IMG/VR virus record: IMGVR_UViG_3300027747_002579
Coordinates: 1 to 64,000 of that record
DNA length: 64,000 bases
Source: a virus
Reading direction: 5' to 3' (one strand)
In this document: one piece after another, positions 27,461 to 37,617 of the stretch
Layout: each line of letters starts with the position of its first letter
Position numbering within the stretch: the stretch's first letter is position 1
Notes under the pieces: generated by a model
Told to the model about the DNA's origin: nothing
The model's database searches: none
Seen by the model: only the letters and a program-made list of their open reading frames with translations
Program-made: the position numbers and the translations under genes

Positions 27461-30400
27461 TGGCTAATAAAATTACATGCACATGTGGACATTCATGGGA
27501 CAAATCAAGTTCCAGTAAAAAGGATGCAACAATATGTCATATATGTGGAAAGAACATTATGAAGAATGGTGGGTGGCTTGATAGGTATGCTGCAGAAGGC
27601 GATGAAATTGAAAAGAAACCAAAACCATTAATTAATCTTACAGATTTAACCTACACTCCTGCGGAGTTACAGTTTTTAAATGATGTTAATAATGGATATT
27701 GTCCCACAGGTAACTGTTTAGAAAGTTCACGCAAGGCATACGACATGACTGCTGGAAGAATAAAAGGTATTCCTGGTAGTAATGATATTTGGACAAAAGA
27801 TTTAAATTTAATAAGTACACCAGGTACTCCTAGTGAAAAACTAGTAAAAGATAATCCTTATTTGAAAGGAGATGTAAGATCTGGATCTGCAGATAGTTGG
27901 GATATACATGGTGCAATTGTAAAATCAGGAGGTAAGAATATATATAGTGGTGCAGCAAAACAGGCAATACCAACAGATATTCCAACAGGAGCAATTGCTG
28001 GATGGGGACCTGCTGGTACAAGAGAAACCAGTAACAAACAACGTAGTCAAGGTATGAATACCCAGTACGGTCTTCAACCTTCTCATCATAGTACAGAAGC
28101 AGTTGGATATGATGATAGTGGCAAACCTATATTTTATGATTCTTATACACGTAAATACGGAACTCTTGATGAAATAAGCAAAGAGTTAAAAGATAAACTA
28201 GGGTATGAGTTAGAAAACATAAGTGTTCCTAAAAGTGTAGCTACTAATACAAAAGAAAATCTTAATAAAAAAGGAATATTAAAAACTGAATTAACTCCTT
28301 TTTCAGCTAACATAGATAAACTATTAGCTGCAACTAAACAATCTTGGGCACAAATAAATGAAGATGGTAAATCCCGTTCCCCAAAGGCTGATAAAGAAAA
28401 ATTATCAAAGTTTGCACAAGCATTAAGTGATAATAAAGGTGAACTTGTTAGTAATTTAGGTTTAAGTGATTCTGATTATAATAGACTTGCAAATTCAGCA
28501 CTAGCTATAGCAATGGCTGAATCTGAAGGTGGAGGAGCATTGGGTTTTGCTGATAATTTTGGTAGCACTCAAGGCATGACTCAATTAAATTTTAACAATG
28601 TTACAAAAGATAAAAGATTAAAAACTGCACTTAGTAAAAAATATAAGGGCAATGGAAATTTACGTAATATACAAGATCCATATAATTCAGCAATTGCTAC
28701 AATGATGTATCTTAGTGTAGCAGATAAAGATGCAAAACGTTTATATGATAAAGGATTAAAACCAGGAGTTAAAACAATCAATCAACCAGGATTTATTGAA
28801 AACTTTAGATCTACCAATAGTAAACTAAATAAAGATGGTTTATTTATTGATGAGTTAAATAAACGTATTCCTTATTCTCAAATTCCAGGATATGAAGATG
28901 GAGATACAACAAAAGTTAATAACTATCTTAAACAATTAACTAAGTCAGATAGATATTCATTTGTTAATAAAGATGGTGAATTATCATTAAAATTAAAAAC
29001 TAAAGGTAACAATCCTGAATTAACAGATGTTGAGAAAATTGCTTACATGTGGCAATCTCCAAACTCACTAAAGACAGGTGATGCTGAAGGAAAAAGTCAA
29101 TATGTAAATAAGATTAAAAACTATTATGATGCTTTAACTAAGTTTAATGATGGTGGTCCTATACAACCTAATTATAATGATGCTTCTACAACTACAGGTC
29201 CAGATTACGTAGGAACAGGATATGACATAACAGGTAGAAACTACAGCCCTGCATGGGGAGGACAGTTTCAATTAGGAGGCTCTCTCCCTGGTTCTGTAGG
29301 ATTCACATACGCACGTACAAAAAACATTCCCTCAAATGGTCCTTACGCTAAGAAGACAAAAGCTTCTGCACAGAATGGAAAAGAAATGTCCTTCTATCAG
29401 AATGGACTTGATTGGGATGCTAAAACTATTAGTCAAGATGGTACAGCAGTGAAAAAACAACCAAGAGACATGAGAACTCTTGCTGAAAGAAAAGCTGATG
29501 AGGCAAAAGCATTAGATGCAAAACTAAGAGCTCAACAACCATCATTACAAAAAGCTTCATCTCCAATTAATGATGAAAGAAGAAGGCAGCTAAATGAACA
29601 ATACGCCCAACAAAGTGGCAAAAGATATAACCCAACAACTGGCTCTATAGAAGATAGATTCAATCCTCAACAAGACAGAATGCTCAACAGAGCATACGAA
29701 AACATTGTTGAACCAATGATAGATGCAGAAATGATAGCAAGTGCTGCTGCTCCATTAGTTGGTAAGGGTGTAAAAGCATTAGCAAAAGGTTTAAAGAACG
29801 CAGGTAAAGAATATTTAGAAAACAAAGCAGCAAAAAATTTATCAAATGAATTACCTTCATTACCTAAAGAATTTTATTATGATGTTAATTCACCTTCTGG
29901 AGGTTTACAACAGTCTGATATAACAGACAAACTTATAAAAGATTATACTCATCACTTAGATGAAGAAGAAAAATTAATATTTGATTTAAATCTACCTGAA
30001 GAAACGTATAATTCAATAAATTTTGATGAAGTTCAAGATATAATAAAAAATAAAAGCCAAATTGTTACTCCAAATAAAAAACCCATTAATTACAGTGAAC
30101 CATTAACGGATGATCAATATGGTAAATGGAGAGAAGAAATTTATAAAGGACTATCAAATTATATATCTCCAGAAGAACTTAAAGAGTTACACAAACAATC
30201 CATAAATCATTTTAAAAATTCAACAGTTACAGGCAGTGGAGGAAAAGAGCATGGATTATTTATTAGAAATTTAATACATGATAAAATTCCTCAATTTAAT
30301 AATCCTATTATAAGAAATGCTAAAGGACAACAAATAGAATTTCAACCCTATGATAAATTAAATGAATTCCCATCCACAAAAGGTGAAGACATTTTAAATC

Positions 30401-31263
30401 TTATAAACAATTCAGGATATGATGTATCAAAATTATCAAGTGAAGATTGGAATATCATTGATGCTTATACACATGGTTATGATAATTCAATAAATGGAGC
30501 ACTTAGAGAAAATAGAACTTCTTTAGGAACTACAGGAAATTTTTATAAAGATCAAGGCAATAAGTTATTGGAATCAATTTTAAAAAATAAAGCTGATAAA
30601 CCGTTTCAAGTTATGAGAGGTGTACGCAATTATGATGTAGAGTTATTACACCCAGAAACACATTTACCTTTAGGAATAAAAAAATCAAGATCAAATTTAT
30701 CAACAGGAGATATTTTTAAAGACGATTCTTTTTTATCAACCTCTATACCAAAAGACTATAGTAGTTTTGGAGAAAATATTTCATCTGAATTAATTGATGT
30801 TCCAGGAGGTAATATACAATCTATAGCTATTCCAGAAGCAAGTTCGTATCCTCAATATAGTGGAGAAAAAGAAATTATTCTTCCTAAAGGATTGATAAGA
30901 AAAGTTGAAGAAACTTATCCTATAGATGAAGTTTATAAACCTTATAGATTTAGAACATCTATATTAAATCCATATACTATTACAGGAGCAATAGGAGGAG
31001 CAGCAGCATTGCAACAAAAAAAACAAGGTGGAAAAATAACCAAAGATGACAACGGATATTGGAATCCTAAGAATTGGGGAAAGCCTGTAGAAATAGGAAG
31101 CAACAATATAACAATGCAAGGTGTTCATCAACCATTAATAGGAATCTCTGATGAGGGTGATGTACAATATATGCATCCAGGAGAACACTACAAATTCAAA
31201 GGAAAGAAAGTGGTAGAATACCCTGTTAAAAAGAACGGTGGTTGGTTAGAAAAATACAATTAA
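27460..31263 (+). CDS. Ejected cargo polyprotein: papain-like, lysozyme/SLT-like and R-S-E ADP-ribosyltransferase domains
   Basis: GNCLES/HHSTEAVG; AIAMAES..GMTQLN..DPYNSA; AYT..INGALR, VMRG, FLSTS, EKEIILPKG. Confidence 0.75.
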   Translation: MANKITCTCGHSWDKSSSSKKDATICHICGKNIMKNGGWLDRYAAEGDEIEKKPKPLINLTDLTYTPAELQFLNDVNNGYCPTGNCLESSRKAYDMTAGRIKGIPGSNDIWTKDLNLISTPGTPSEKLVKDNPYLKGDVRSGSADSWDIHGAIVKSGGKNIYSGAAKQAIPTDIPTGAIAGWGPAGTRETSNKQRSQGMNTQYGLQPSHHSTEAVGYDDSGKPIFYDSYTRKYGTLDEISKELKDKLGYELENISVPKSVATNTKENLNKKGILKTELTPFSANIDKLLAATKQSWAQINEDGKSRSPKADKEKLSKFAQALSDNKGELVSNLGLSDSDYNRLANSALAIAMAESEGGGALGFADNFGSTQGMTQLNFNNVTKDKRLKTALSKKYKGNGNLRNIQDPYNSAIATMMYLSVADKDAKRLYDKGLKPGVKTINQPGFIENFRSTNSKLNKDGLFIDELNKRIPYSQIPGYEDGDTTKVNNYLKQLTKSDRYSFVNKDGELSLKLKTKGNNPELTDVEKIAYMWQSPNSLKTGDAEGKSQYVNKIKNYYDALTKFNDGGPIQPNYNDASTTTGPDYVGTGYDITGRNYSPAWGGQFQLGGSLPGSVGFTYARTKNIPSNGPYAKKTKASAQNGKEMSFYQNGLDWDAKTISQDGTAVKKQPRDMRTLAERKADEAKALDAKLRAQQPSLQKASSPINDERRRQLNEQYAQQSGKRYNPTTGSIEDRFNPQQDRMLNRAYENIVEPMIDAEMIASAAAPLVGKGVKALAKGLKNAGKEYLENKAAKNLSNELPSLPKEFYYDVNSPSGGLQQSDITDKLIKDYTHHLDEEEKLIFDLNLPEETYNSINFDEVQDIIKNKSQIVTPNKKPINYSEPLTDDQYGKWREEIYKGLSNYISPEELKELHKQSINHFKNSTVTGSGGKEHGLFIRNLIHDKIPQFNNPIIRNAKGQQIEFQPYDKLNEFPSTKGEDILNLINNSGYDVSKLSSEDWNIIDAYTHGYDNSINGALRENRTSLGTTGNFYKDQGNKLLESILKNKADKPFQVMRGVRNYDVELLHPETHLPLGIKKSRSNLSTGDIFKDDSFLSTSIPKDYSSFGENISSELIDVPGGNIQSIAIPEASSYPQYSGEKEIILPKGLIRKVEETYPIDEVYKPYRFRTSILNPYTITGAIGGAAALQQKKQGGKITKDDNGYWNPKNWGKPVEIGSNNITMQGVHQPLIGISDEGDVQYMHPGEHYKFKGKKVVEYPVKKNGGWLEKYN

Positions 31264-31284
31264 TAATTATAGAATAAAATTAAT

Positions 31285-34200
31285 ATGAAACAAGATATTT
31301 TAAAAATTGCTGGTGTTAAAGATGAGAAATCTTTCTACAAGAAATTTCCATCTGAAGAAGCATTCATGAAGGTGCATGGTAAAGAATTCAAGAAAGCTAA
31401 AATGGGAGCAGCCATGGTGAAAAAGCAATTAACACAATTGACAGATTTCTCCAATCCTCCACAAGCACAAGAAGGACAAAAAATAGGAAGCTATTCTTCT
31501 ATAGAACAAAAACAAAATCCCAACATGCCTTCTTTCGAGCCAACAATGGTGAACTATCAACAACCTGATGCATTAAATTCATTAGGGGCATTTGTTGGTA
31601 AGATGCAAAGTGCTCAAAAGGGAATAGAAATTCCTGACTTCACTCAAGGAGATTATGATATTAATCAACAGTTTCAGAGAAGTAACAGAGATCCTATGCA
31701 AGGAATGTCTATGGCTCCTGCACAGAGAAGTGCATATCAACAAGACAAAGCAATGCAACCTGGTCCAAAACCTCTTTCTAAGTTTCAACAAGGATGGCAG
31801 AATGTTAAGAAAGAAGTGGAAGATCAAAAAGACACACTTCCTGGTAAGCTAATTGATGAGGTGCAACAAATCAGACAAGATAGACAAAACGAATTAGCTT
31901 CTAAACAAGGGCTCAAAGTGAGTGATGTTGCATTAAAAGCAGCAGAATCTCCTGTAGAAAAAGTGAAAAGAAAATATGTACGTCCAGAAGATATGTCATT
32001 TGCTCCCAATCAAATGGGCAATCCTTATGGTACAGGATATAACACTCTTGCAAGAGATGGTGCAGAAATACAAAACACATACGATCCCAATGATATTTAC
32101 ACTGATGGTGGATATGAACCATTGGCTGATAGTGAAAATATGAAACAGTTTCAGCTTGGAGGATTTATGTCAGCTATTCAAAAGTTTGGAAAAAAGGCTG
32201 GATCAAGCATCGTGGGAGGACTTAAAGAAATGGGTGCTGATAAAGCAGGCAATGTTGGACAATTTGCAGGAAGTTGGTTAGGAGGAGGAAAAGGACAAAC
32301 CTCTGGAGCAGGTCAATTAGGAAGCACTGCAGGAGGTGTTATAGGTTCTGCATTTGGACCTCTTGGTAAAATTGCAGGTTCTGCTATTGGTGGAGCTATT
32401 GGAGGAGTGATTGGGGGTGCACAAGCTAAACGCACAGCAGGTAATATTACAGGAATGCAAAACAACATGTTCAAAGGAGCAATGGCTCAAAACATAGGAA
32501 ACCAAATGCGTAATCAATATTCAGCATTTGCAGAAGATGGAATGTCTCTTCCTATGTATGAAGAAGGTGGATGGATGAATCCTGAATACAACCCTCAAGT
32601 GATAACAAAGTTTGGCGACTACGATGTAAATGATTTGCTTTCTCCAGATCCAATGATGGACACATTAAGAGCAGGTGGTAACATATCCTCTTCTCCATAC
32701 ATACAACCAAGTGAAAGAGCTATGCAAACTTATGCTATGGGAGGAGAACTTCAAACACATTGGGGAGGACATGCTGAACCTATTTCTTACAATCCTTATC
32801 TACCAGATGGTGGAGAAACAGTTATGTTCAGAGGACAATCTCATGATGAAACAAACTCTGAAGGAAAAAGTGGAATTGGTGTTACATATGGTGACAATCC
32901 TGTAGAAGTGGAAAGAGGTGAACCTGCTGTCAAACTTAGAGATGGCGGTGATGAAGAAAATCTTGTTGTATTTGGAAACATGAAAATTCCTAAATATGGT
33001 GTACAAGAGTTGCAAGATAGAAATGCTGAAGGAAAGAAATTCAAACACTACGCAAATCACTTAAGTAAAATAGAAAACAAACAAAATAAAACTATAGAGA
33101 AGTCTTTGAAGATGCTTGATAATCTAGATGAGAACAATCCATTTGATCAATTAAAACTTGCTTCTGCACAAGCTAACATCAATGGAAGCAACATGGTGTT
33201 AAAAGATATTGCTCAAAAGAAACAACTAGCAGCAGGTATTCAAAATGCAATTCTTGATACAGCTAAAGAGCATGGTTTAGAAAGCGATGCTCTCTCCAGA
33301 GGAATAATCAAACAAGACAGAGAATCAGAATATGCAAGAAACGGTGTGTCAATTGCAGAAGACGGAATCTCCCTCTCTAAGAAGTTTGATAATGTAAAAG
33401 AGAAAGCATTAAAGAAAGCACAAGCTCTCTATCCAGGAAAGAAAGTGGAAGTGAGAGAAACTTCTGGAGACAGAGATATTAATACACAAGCAGGATTTGT
33501 AAAAACAGGAGCATCAACAAGTGATGTGTCTGTTCACAATTTTGGTGGAGCAAAAGATTTTGCAATATTTGTAGATGGTGAACTAATTAAAGATCCAAAC
33601 ATTTACAAAAAAACAACACATGCTGCTGCAAAAGAAGAAGGTCTCCATGGACTAGATTGGAAAAAAGATCCCTATCACATATCAGTTGTAAAAGAAGGAG
33701 GAAAAAACACTTTTGCCACTCTCTTAAAACAATATCCAGATTTATTACAAACGGCTGAAGGAAAAAGGTCTCTTGCATATTTAGAAAGCAAAGCTAAGAG
33801 TGATACACTTTCTCCAAAAGAAAGGACTGTCTATGGACAATTGACAGGAAAGGATGTGTCAAAACTAAAAGCCACTCCTATAGACTACACTAAAGCAACA
33901 CCTCTCTATCCTGATAGTCCTTATGAGTTTGACATATCAAAACCAAAGCGTCCAATAGTTCCTATAAACGATAGTCCTCCTGATAAACCTATTCGTGAAA
34001 TGCCTCCTATTAAAATTCCACCCCCTCCAACATTAACAACACCATTACCGCCTCCAGGAACTACACCTCCAAAAGGTCCAGAATGGTGGGAATCATTAAT
34101 TCCTTACATAAGACCTACAAACCAAGAACGTCTAGATCCAACACAGCTCTATCCAGAAATGGCATCAATGGCTATGAACACTCTAGAACCAGTACAAGCA

Positions 34201-34830
34201 CAACTCTACTATCCCCAACTAGAAACCCCATATAGTGTGTCTCTCCAAGATCAACTAAACGCTAACCAAGCTGACTTCAATTCTATGCAAAGACAAGCTG
34301 GATATAATCCTGCAGCAGCAGCATCATTAGCAGCTCAAAAATACGCAGCTAATTCACAAGTGTTAGGACAACAAGAACGATTGAACACAGCTGCCAAAAT
34401 GGAAGCTTATAATAGAAACAGAGCAACACTCAACGATGCTCAAATAAAAAATCTTGGAATCCTTGATACACAATATCAAAGACAAGCACAAGCTAAGAGC
34501 AATACAAAAGAACAAGCTCTTACAGCACTAGACAGCATAGCTAGCAAAATAGCTCAAAACAAACTAGAGAACAGAAAGCTTGGTGTTCTTGAGAATATGT
34601 ATAATTATAGATATGACAAGAATGGTAGAGCAATAAATTACAATGCTCCTGAAAACTTCCAAACAGAAAACCTTGTAGCAAGTTCTGGTAAGTCTTATAT
34701 TCCTGTATTAGACAATGACGGAAAAATTGTTGAATATAGAATGGGAGAAGAAACCCCTGCTGCAAAGAAAACCACAAAAGGTAAAACAGCAAGAAACGGA
34801 TCTATTGTAAAAGCATTCAAACACTTCTAA
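31285..34830 (+). CDS. Ejected cargo protein with glycine zipper and M15-type peptidase domain
   Basis: GGVIGSAFGPLGKIAGSAIGGAIGG; TSGDR...SVHNFGGAKD...DPYH; VEVERGEP. Confidence 0.75.
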   Translation: MKQDILKIAGVKDEKSFYKKFPSEEAFMKVHGKEFKKAKMGAAMVKKQLTQLTDFSNPPQAQEGQKIGSYSSIEQKQNPNMPSFEPTMVNYQQPDALNSLGAFVGKMQSAQKGIEIPDFTQGDYDINQQFQRSNRDPMQGMSMAPAQRSAYQQDKAMQPGPKPLSKFQQGWQNVKKEVEDQKDTLPGKLIDEVQQIRQDRQNELASKQGLKVSDVALKAAESPVEKVKRKYVRPEDMSFAPNQMGNPYGTGYNTLARDGAEIQNTYDPNDIYTDGGYEPLADSENMKQFQLGGFMSAIQKFGKKAGSSIVGGLKEMGADKAGNVGQFAGSWLGGGKGQTSGAGQLGSTAGGVIGSAFGPLGKIAGSAIGGAIGGVIGGAQAKRTAGNITGMQNNMFKGAMAQNIGNQMRNQYSAFAEDGMSLPMYEEGGWMNPEYNPQVITKFGDYDVNDLLSPDPMMDTLRAGGNISSSPYIQPSERAMQTYAMGGELQTHWGGHAEPISYNPYLPDGGETVMFRGQSHDETNSEGKSGIGVTYGDNPVEVERGEPAVKLRDGGDEENLVVFGNMKIPKYGVQELQDRNAEGKKFKHYANHLSKIENKQNKTIEKSLKMLDNLDENNPFDQLKLASAQANINGSNMVLKDIAQKKQLAAGIQNAILDTAKEHGLESDALSRGIIKQDRESEYARNGVSIAEDGISLSKKFDNVKEKALKKAQALYPGKKVEVRETSGDRDINTQAGFVKTGASTSDVSVHNFGGAKDFAIFVDGELIKDPNIYKKTTHAAAKEEGLHGLDWKKDPYHISVVKEGGKNTFATLLKQYPDLLQTAEGKRSLAYLESKAKSDTLSPKERTVYGQLTGKDVSKLKATPIDYTKATPLYPDSPYEFDISKPKRPIVPINDSPPDKPIREMPPIKIPPPPTLTTPLPPPGTTPPKGPEWWESLIPYIRPTNQERLDPTQLYPEMASMAMNTLEPVQAQLYYPQLETPYSVSLQDQLNANQADFNSMQRQAGYNPAAAASLAAQKYAANSQVLGQQERLNTAAKMEAYNRNRATLNDAQIKNLGILDTQYQRQAQAKSNTKEQALTALDSIASKIAQNKLENRKLGVLENMYNYRYDKNGRAINYNAPENFQTENLVASSGKSYIPVLDNDGKIVEYRMGEETPAAKKTTKGKTARNGSIVKAFKHF

Positions 34831-34871
34831 TCATTCTAATTATACGAAATTAATAAAAACTATTACACCTA

Positions 34872-34902
34872 TTGGTGGACATAACATTTTAAATTACATT
34901 TG
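34872..34902 (+). promoter_or_regulatory. Host-type promoter TTG-N20-TACATTTG
   Basis: -33/-7 match ending 3 nt before ATG 34906. Confidence 0.6.
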
Positions 34903-34905
34903 CTA

Positions 34906-37617
34906 ATGGCTTCTTTTACTGACGCAATACACAAATTCAACCCTTATATACAACAACTTCCTGTAGACGAAATGGTGAAGGTGGGAATGTATAAGCAAGA
35001 ACAATACGACAAAGGGGTTGAGAAAATACAATCATACGTAGACAGCATTGCAGGAATGGATGTTGTAAGAGATGTTGATAAACAATACCTCCAATCCAAA
35101 CTTAATGAATTAGGAAGCAACCTGAAGAAGGTGGCAGGAGGAGACTTCTCCAATCATCAATTAGTTAATTCTGTTGGTGGTATGGCTAAACAAATCATCA
35201 GGGATGAAGGTGTTCAAACAGCCGTTAACTCTACAGCTCTCTATAGAAAGAATCTTAAAGATATAGAAGAAGATAGGAAAGCAGGAAAAGAAAATGTAAA
35301 TAATACAAACAAGTTTCATAAAGATGCTTCACCTTGGCTTAATGGTAAAGCTCCAGGAGAAGCACTGTCTGCAAGTTATTTCAAACCTATAGATGTATGG
35401 GGAAAAATAAAAGACATTGCAAAAGAAGTGGGAGTGGATGAAAGTGATATACAACAAATATATCAAACTGATGCTAATGGTAATCGTATTCCAGAATACA
35501 ATTCTAAAAAAGAATTAGTGGGATATAAGTGGAATCCCATCATGGTGGAAAAAATAACAAAAGGTAAAGATCCTGCAAAAATATTAGATGCATTTAAGAA
35601 TGCCCTCACTTCTTCAGACTACAAACAACTTGCCATTGATGGAGAAATGAACAAGGCTCACTACACTCCACAAATGTTAAAAGATGAAATAATCGAAAAC
35701 ACTAGTGGACAGCTCAAACAAGTGGACAACAATTTATTAATGCTAGAAACAGAATTAATAAATGAGAATTCAAAAAACACAAAAGATGAAGCTACAATAG
35801 CTTCTTTGACAAAACAAAAAGAATATTACGAAAGTTTAAAATCAAACCTTGAAACTTCTGTAAGCAATAGTTTAGCTGCTGTAGATAGAAACCCAGATGC
35901 TGTGCGAGCATCCCTCTGGACAAACTCCTATTTAACTTCTATGTCTAAAGAACTTTCAGGAAGAAGTATTTCTGAAAAGTATTCTGTAAACCCATTATTT
36001 ACAGTGACAATGGAACAAAACAAGTTTAACAGACAATTACAAAGAGATGCTATAGAAGATCAAAAATGGCAGAAGGATTATAATTTAAAAGTGAGGGATC
36101 AATTAAGCAGTGAAGAAAAATACAAATTAGAACTTTTCTATAAATATGGTGTAAAAGTTCCAGGACTTGTAATTCCTGAAACAGACAATAAAAATCTTTT
36201 AAAAGAACCTATTCCTACAAAAGATGATCCAACGTATGCAAAAACTCAAGTGATTGATGAGTTTAACAACAAAGTGACCGCACTTAATGAAACAAATAAA
36301 AAATTAACAATTGAGTATTTTAAAAAAATTTATAGAGGTGCTTCAGAAGAAGAAATCAATAAACACATTTCTGATGCTGCAAAAAATAATAAAGAATCTG
36401 TAGACAATGAGTCTGGAGATGTAAATACATTTACAGCAAGGTTTGCTGCAAAACAGCTTGCTGATTGGAATGTTAATCCTTCAATTATTCCAAAAGAATT
36501 TAAAGGGTTAATTGCACAACAAAAAAATTTAATGAAAGAAGTAAACTACGATGCAAAAAACATACAAGACCACAAAGCTCAAGCATTAGTTGAAGCAAAG
36601 AGAAAAGGACTCTCTGTTTCTTCTACAGATGATATATTAAAAAGTATTTCCAATATACAAACCACAGATGCCAATGGTGCCCCAATGACAATTCCTAAAC
36701 ACGATATTCTTGATTATGTAATAATGGAAGAAGCTAAAGGTTTAGAACGTGATCAGATTTATAATCGTCTATCTCTTAAGTATGGAAAAAACTTTGACAA
36801 ATTTAAAACAACACTGGTAGAAAGTTTAGGAGACAGTGGAGCAGTTGTTACAGATAAAGAATACTCAAAAGCAAAAGATTTATTAAAAAACTCAAAGTAT
36901 AAAGAACTTTCTAAAATAGAAGGTGAAATGTATATAAAATCAGGAACAGTGCAACAGCCTGTGTCACAAGTTATCACTAGAACTAGCGACAATAAACAAC
37001 TCATAAATAGTAAAATATCAAGTATACTTGAACAATATAAAAATGATATAAATGAAACTCCAGGATTTGTTGAGAAAAATCTTCAAACAGTGCTATTATC
37101 AGATGATAAAGGTGCTATAAAAGTTACAACAATTCCTGGAGTGGGAACATCCCCATCTAAACATATATTAACTATTACAGATTCTAAAACTGGAGGGCAT
37201 GCATCTGTAACAATTGATGATGATCAATATGCATACATCACTGGAACAAGAGCTCCTACAGGATTACAACTTCCTAAAACTTTGCAGCAGCTCAATTTTA
37301 ACAAAACAACAAATATGAGCATGACGCACGATGATCCAGCATCAGCATTTTGGGGAGCAGATGAAATGCCAAACTTAGATAAAAATCTTGATTATACAAT
37401 AACTGCTGATTTGATTGACGATGCTGGTGACCCTAACTTAGCTTGGATGAAGGTTTATAAATTTTTTAAGAAAGATAAAGGAAAACTTTCTGCTACATAC
37501 ACTCTTCCCACCCCATATAACAAATATAATCAAGACGGAACACCAAACATGATGTTAGATAGACTTAATCAGTCAATAACGGACGCAGCTATACAATCTC
37601 TTAAAAATATTAAATAA
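34906..37617 (+). CDS. Ejected cargo protein
   Basis: FNPYIQQLP...KQEQYD N-terminus; directly upstream of vRNAP; ATG 34906 preferred over TTG 34900. Confidence 0.7.
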   Translation: MASFTDAIHKFNPYIQQLPVDEMVKVGMYKQEQYDKGVEKIQSYVDSIAGMDVVRDVDKQYLQSKLNELGSNLKKVAGGDFSNHQLVNSVGGMAKQIIRDEGVQTAVNSTALYRKNLKDIEEDRKAGKENVNNTNKFHKDASPWLNGKAPGEALSASYFKPIDVWGKIKDIAKEVGVDESDIQQIYQTDANGNRIPEYNSKKELVGYKWNPIMVEKITKGKDPAKILDAFKNALTSSDYKQLAIDGEMNKAHYTPQMLKDEIIENTSGQLKQVDNNLLMLETELINENSKNTKDEATIASLTKQKEYYESLKSNLETSVSNSLAAVDRNPDAVRASLWTNSYLTSMSKELSGRSISEKYSVNPLFTVTMEQNKFNRQLQRDAIEDQKWQKDYNLKVRDQLSSEEKYKLELFYKYGVKVPGLVIPETDNKNLLKEPIPTKDDPTYAKTQVIDEFNNKVTALNETNKKLTIEYFKKIYRGASEEEINKHISDAAKNNKESVDNESGDVNTFTARFAAKQLADWNVNPSIIPKEFKGLIAQQKNLMKEVNYDAKNIQDHKAQALVEAKRKGLSVSSTDDILKSISNIQTTDANGAPMTIPKHDILDYVIMEEAKGLERDQIYNRLSLKYGKNFDKFKTTLVESLGDSGAVVTDKEYSKAKDLLKNSKYKELSKIEGEMYIKSGTVQQPVSQVITRTSDNKQLINSKISSILEQYKNDINETPGFVEKNLQTVLLSDDKGAIKVTTIPGVGTSPSKHILTITDSKTGGHASVTIDDDQYAYITGTRAPTGLQLPKTLQQLNFNKTTNMSMTHDDPASAFWGADEMPNLDKNLDYTITADLIDDAGDPNLAWMKVYKFFKKDKGKLSATYTLPTPYNKYNQDGTPNMMLDRLNQSITDAAIQSLKNIK

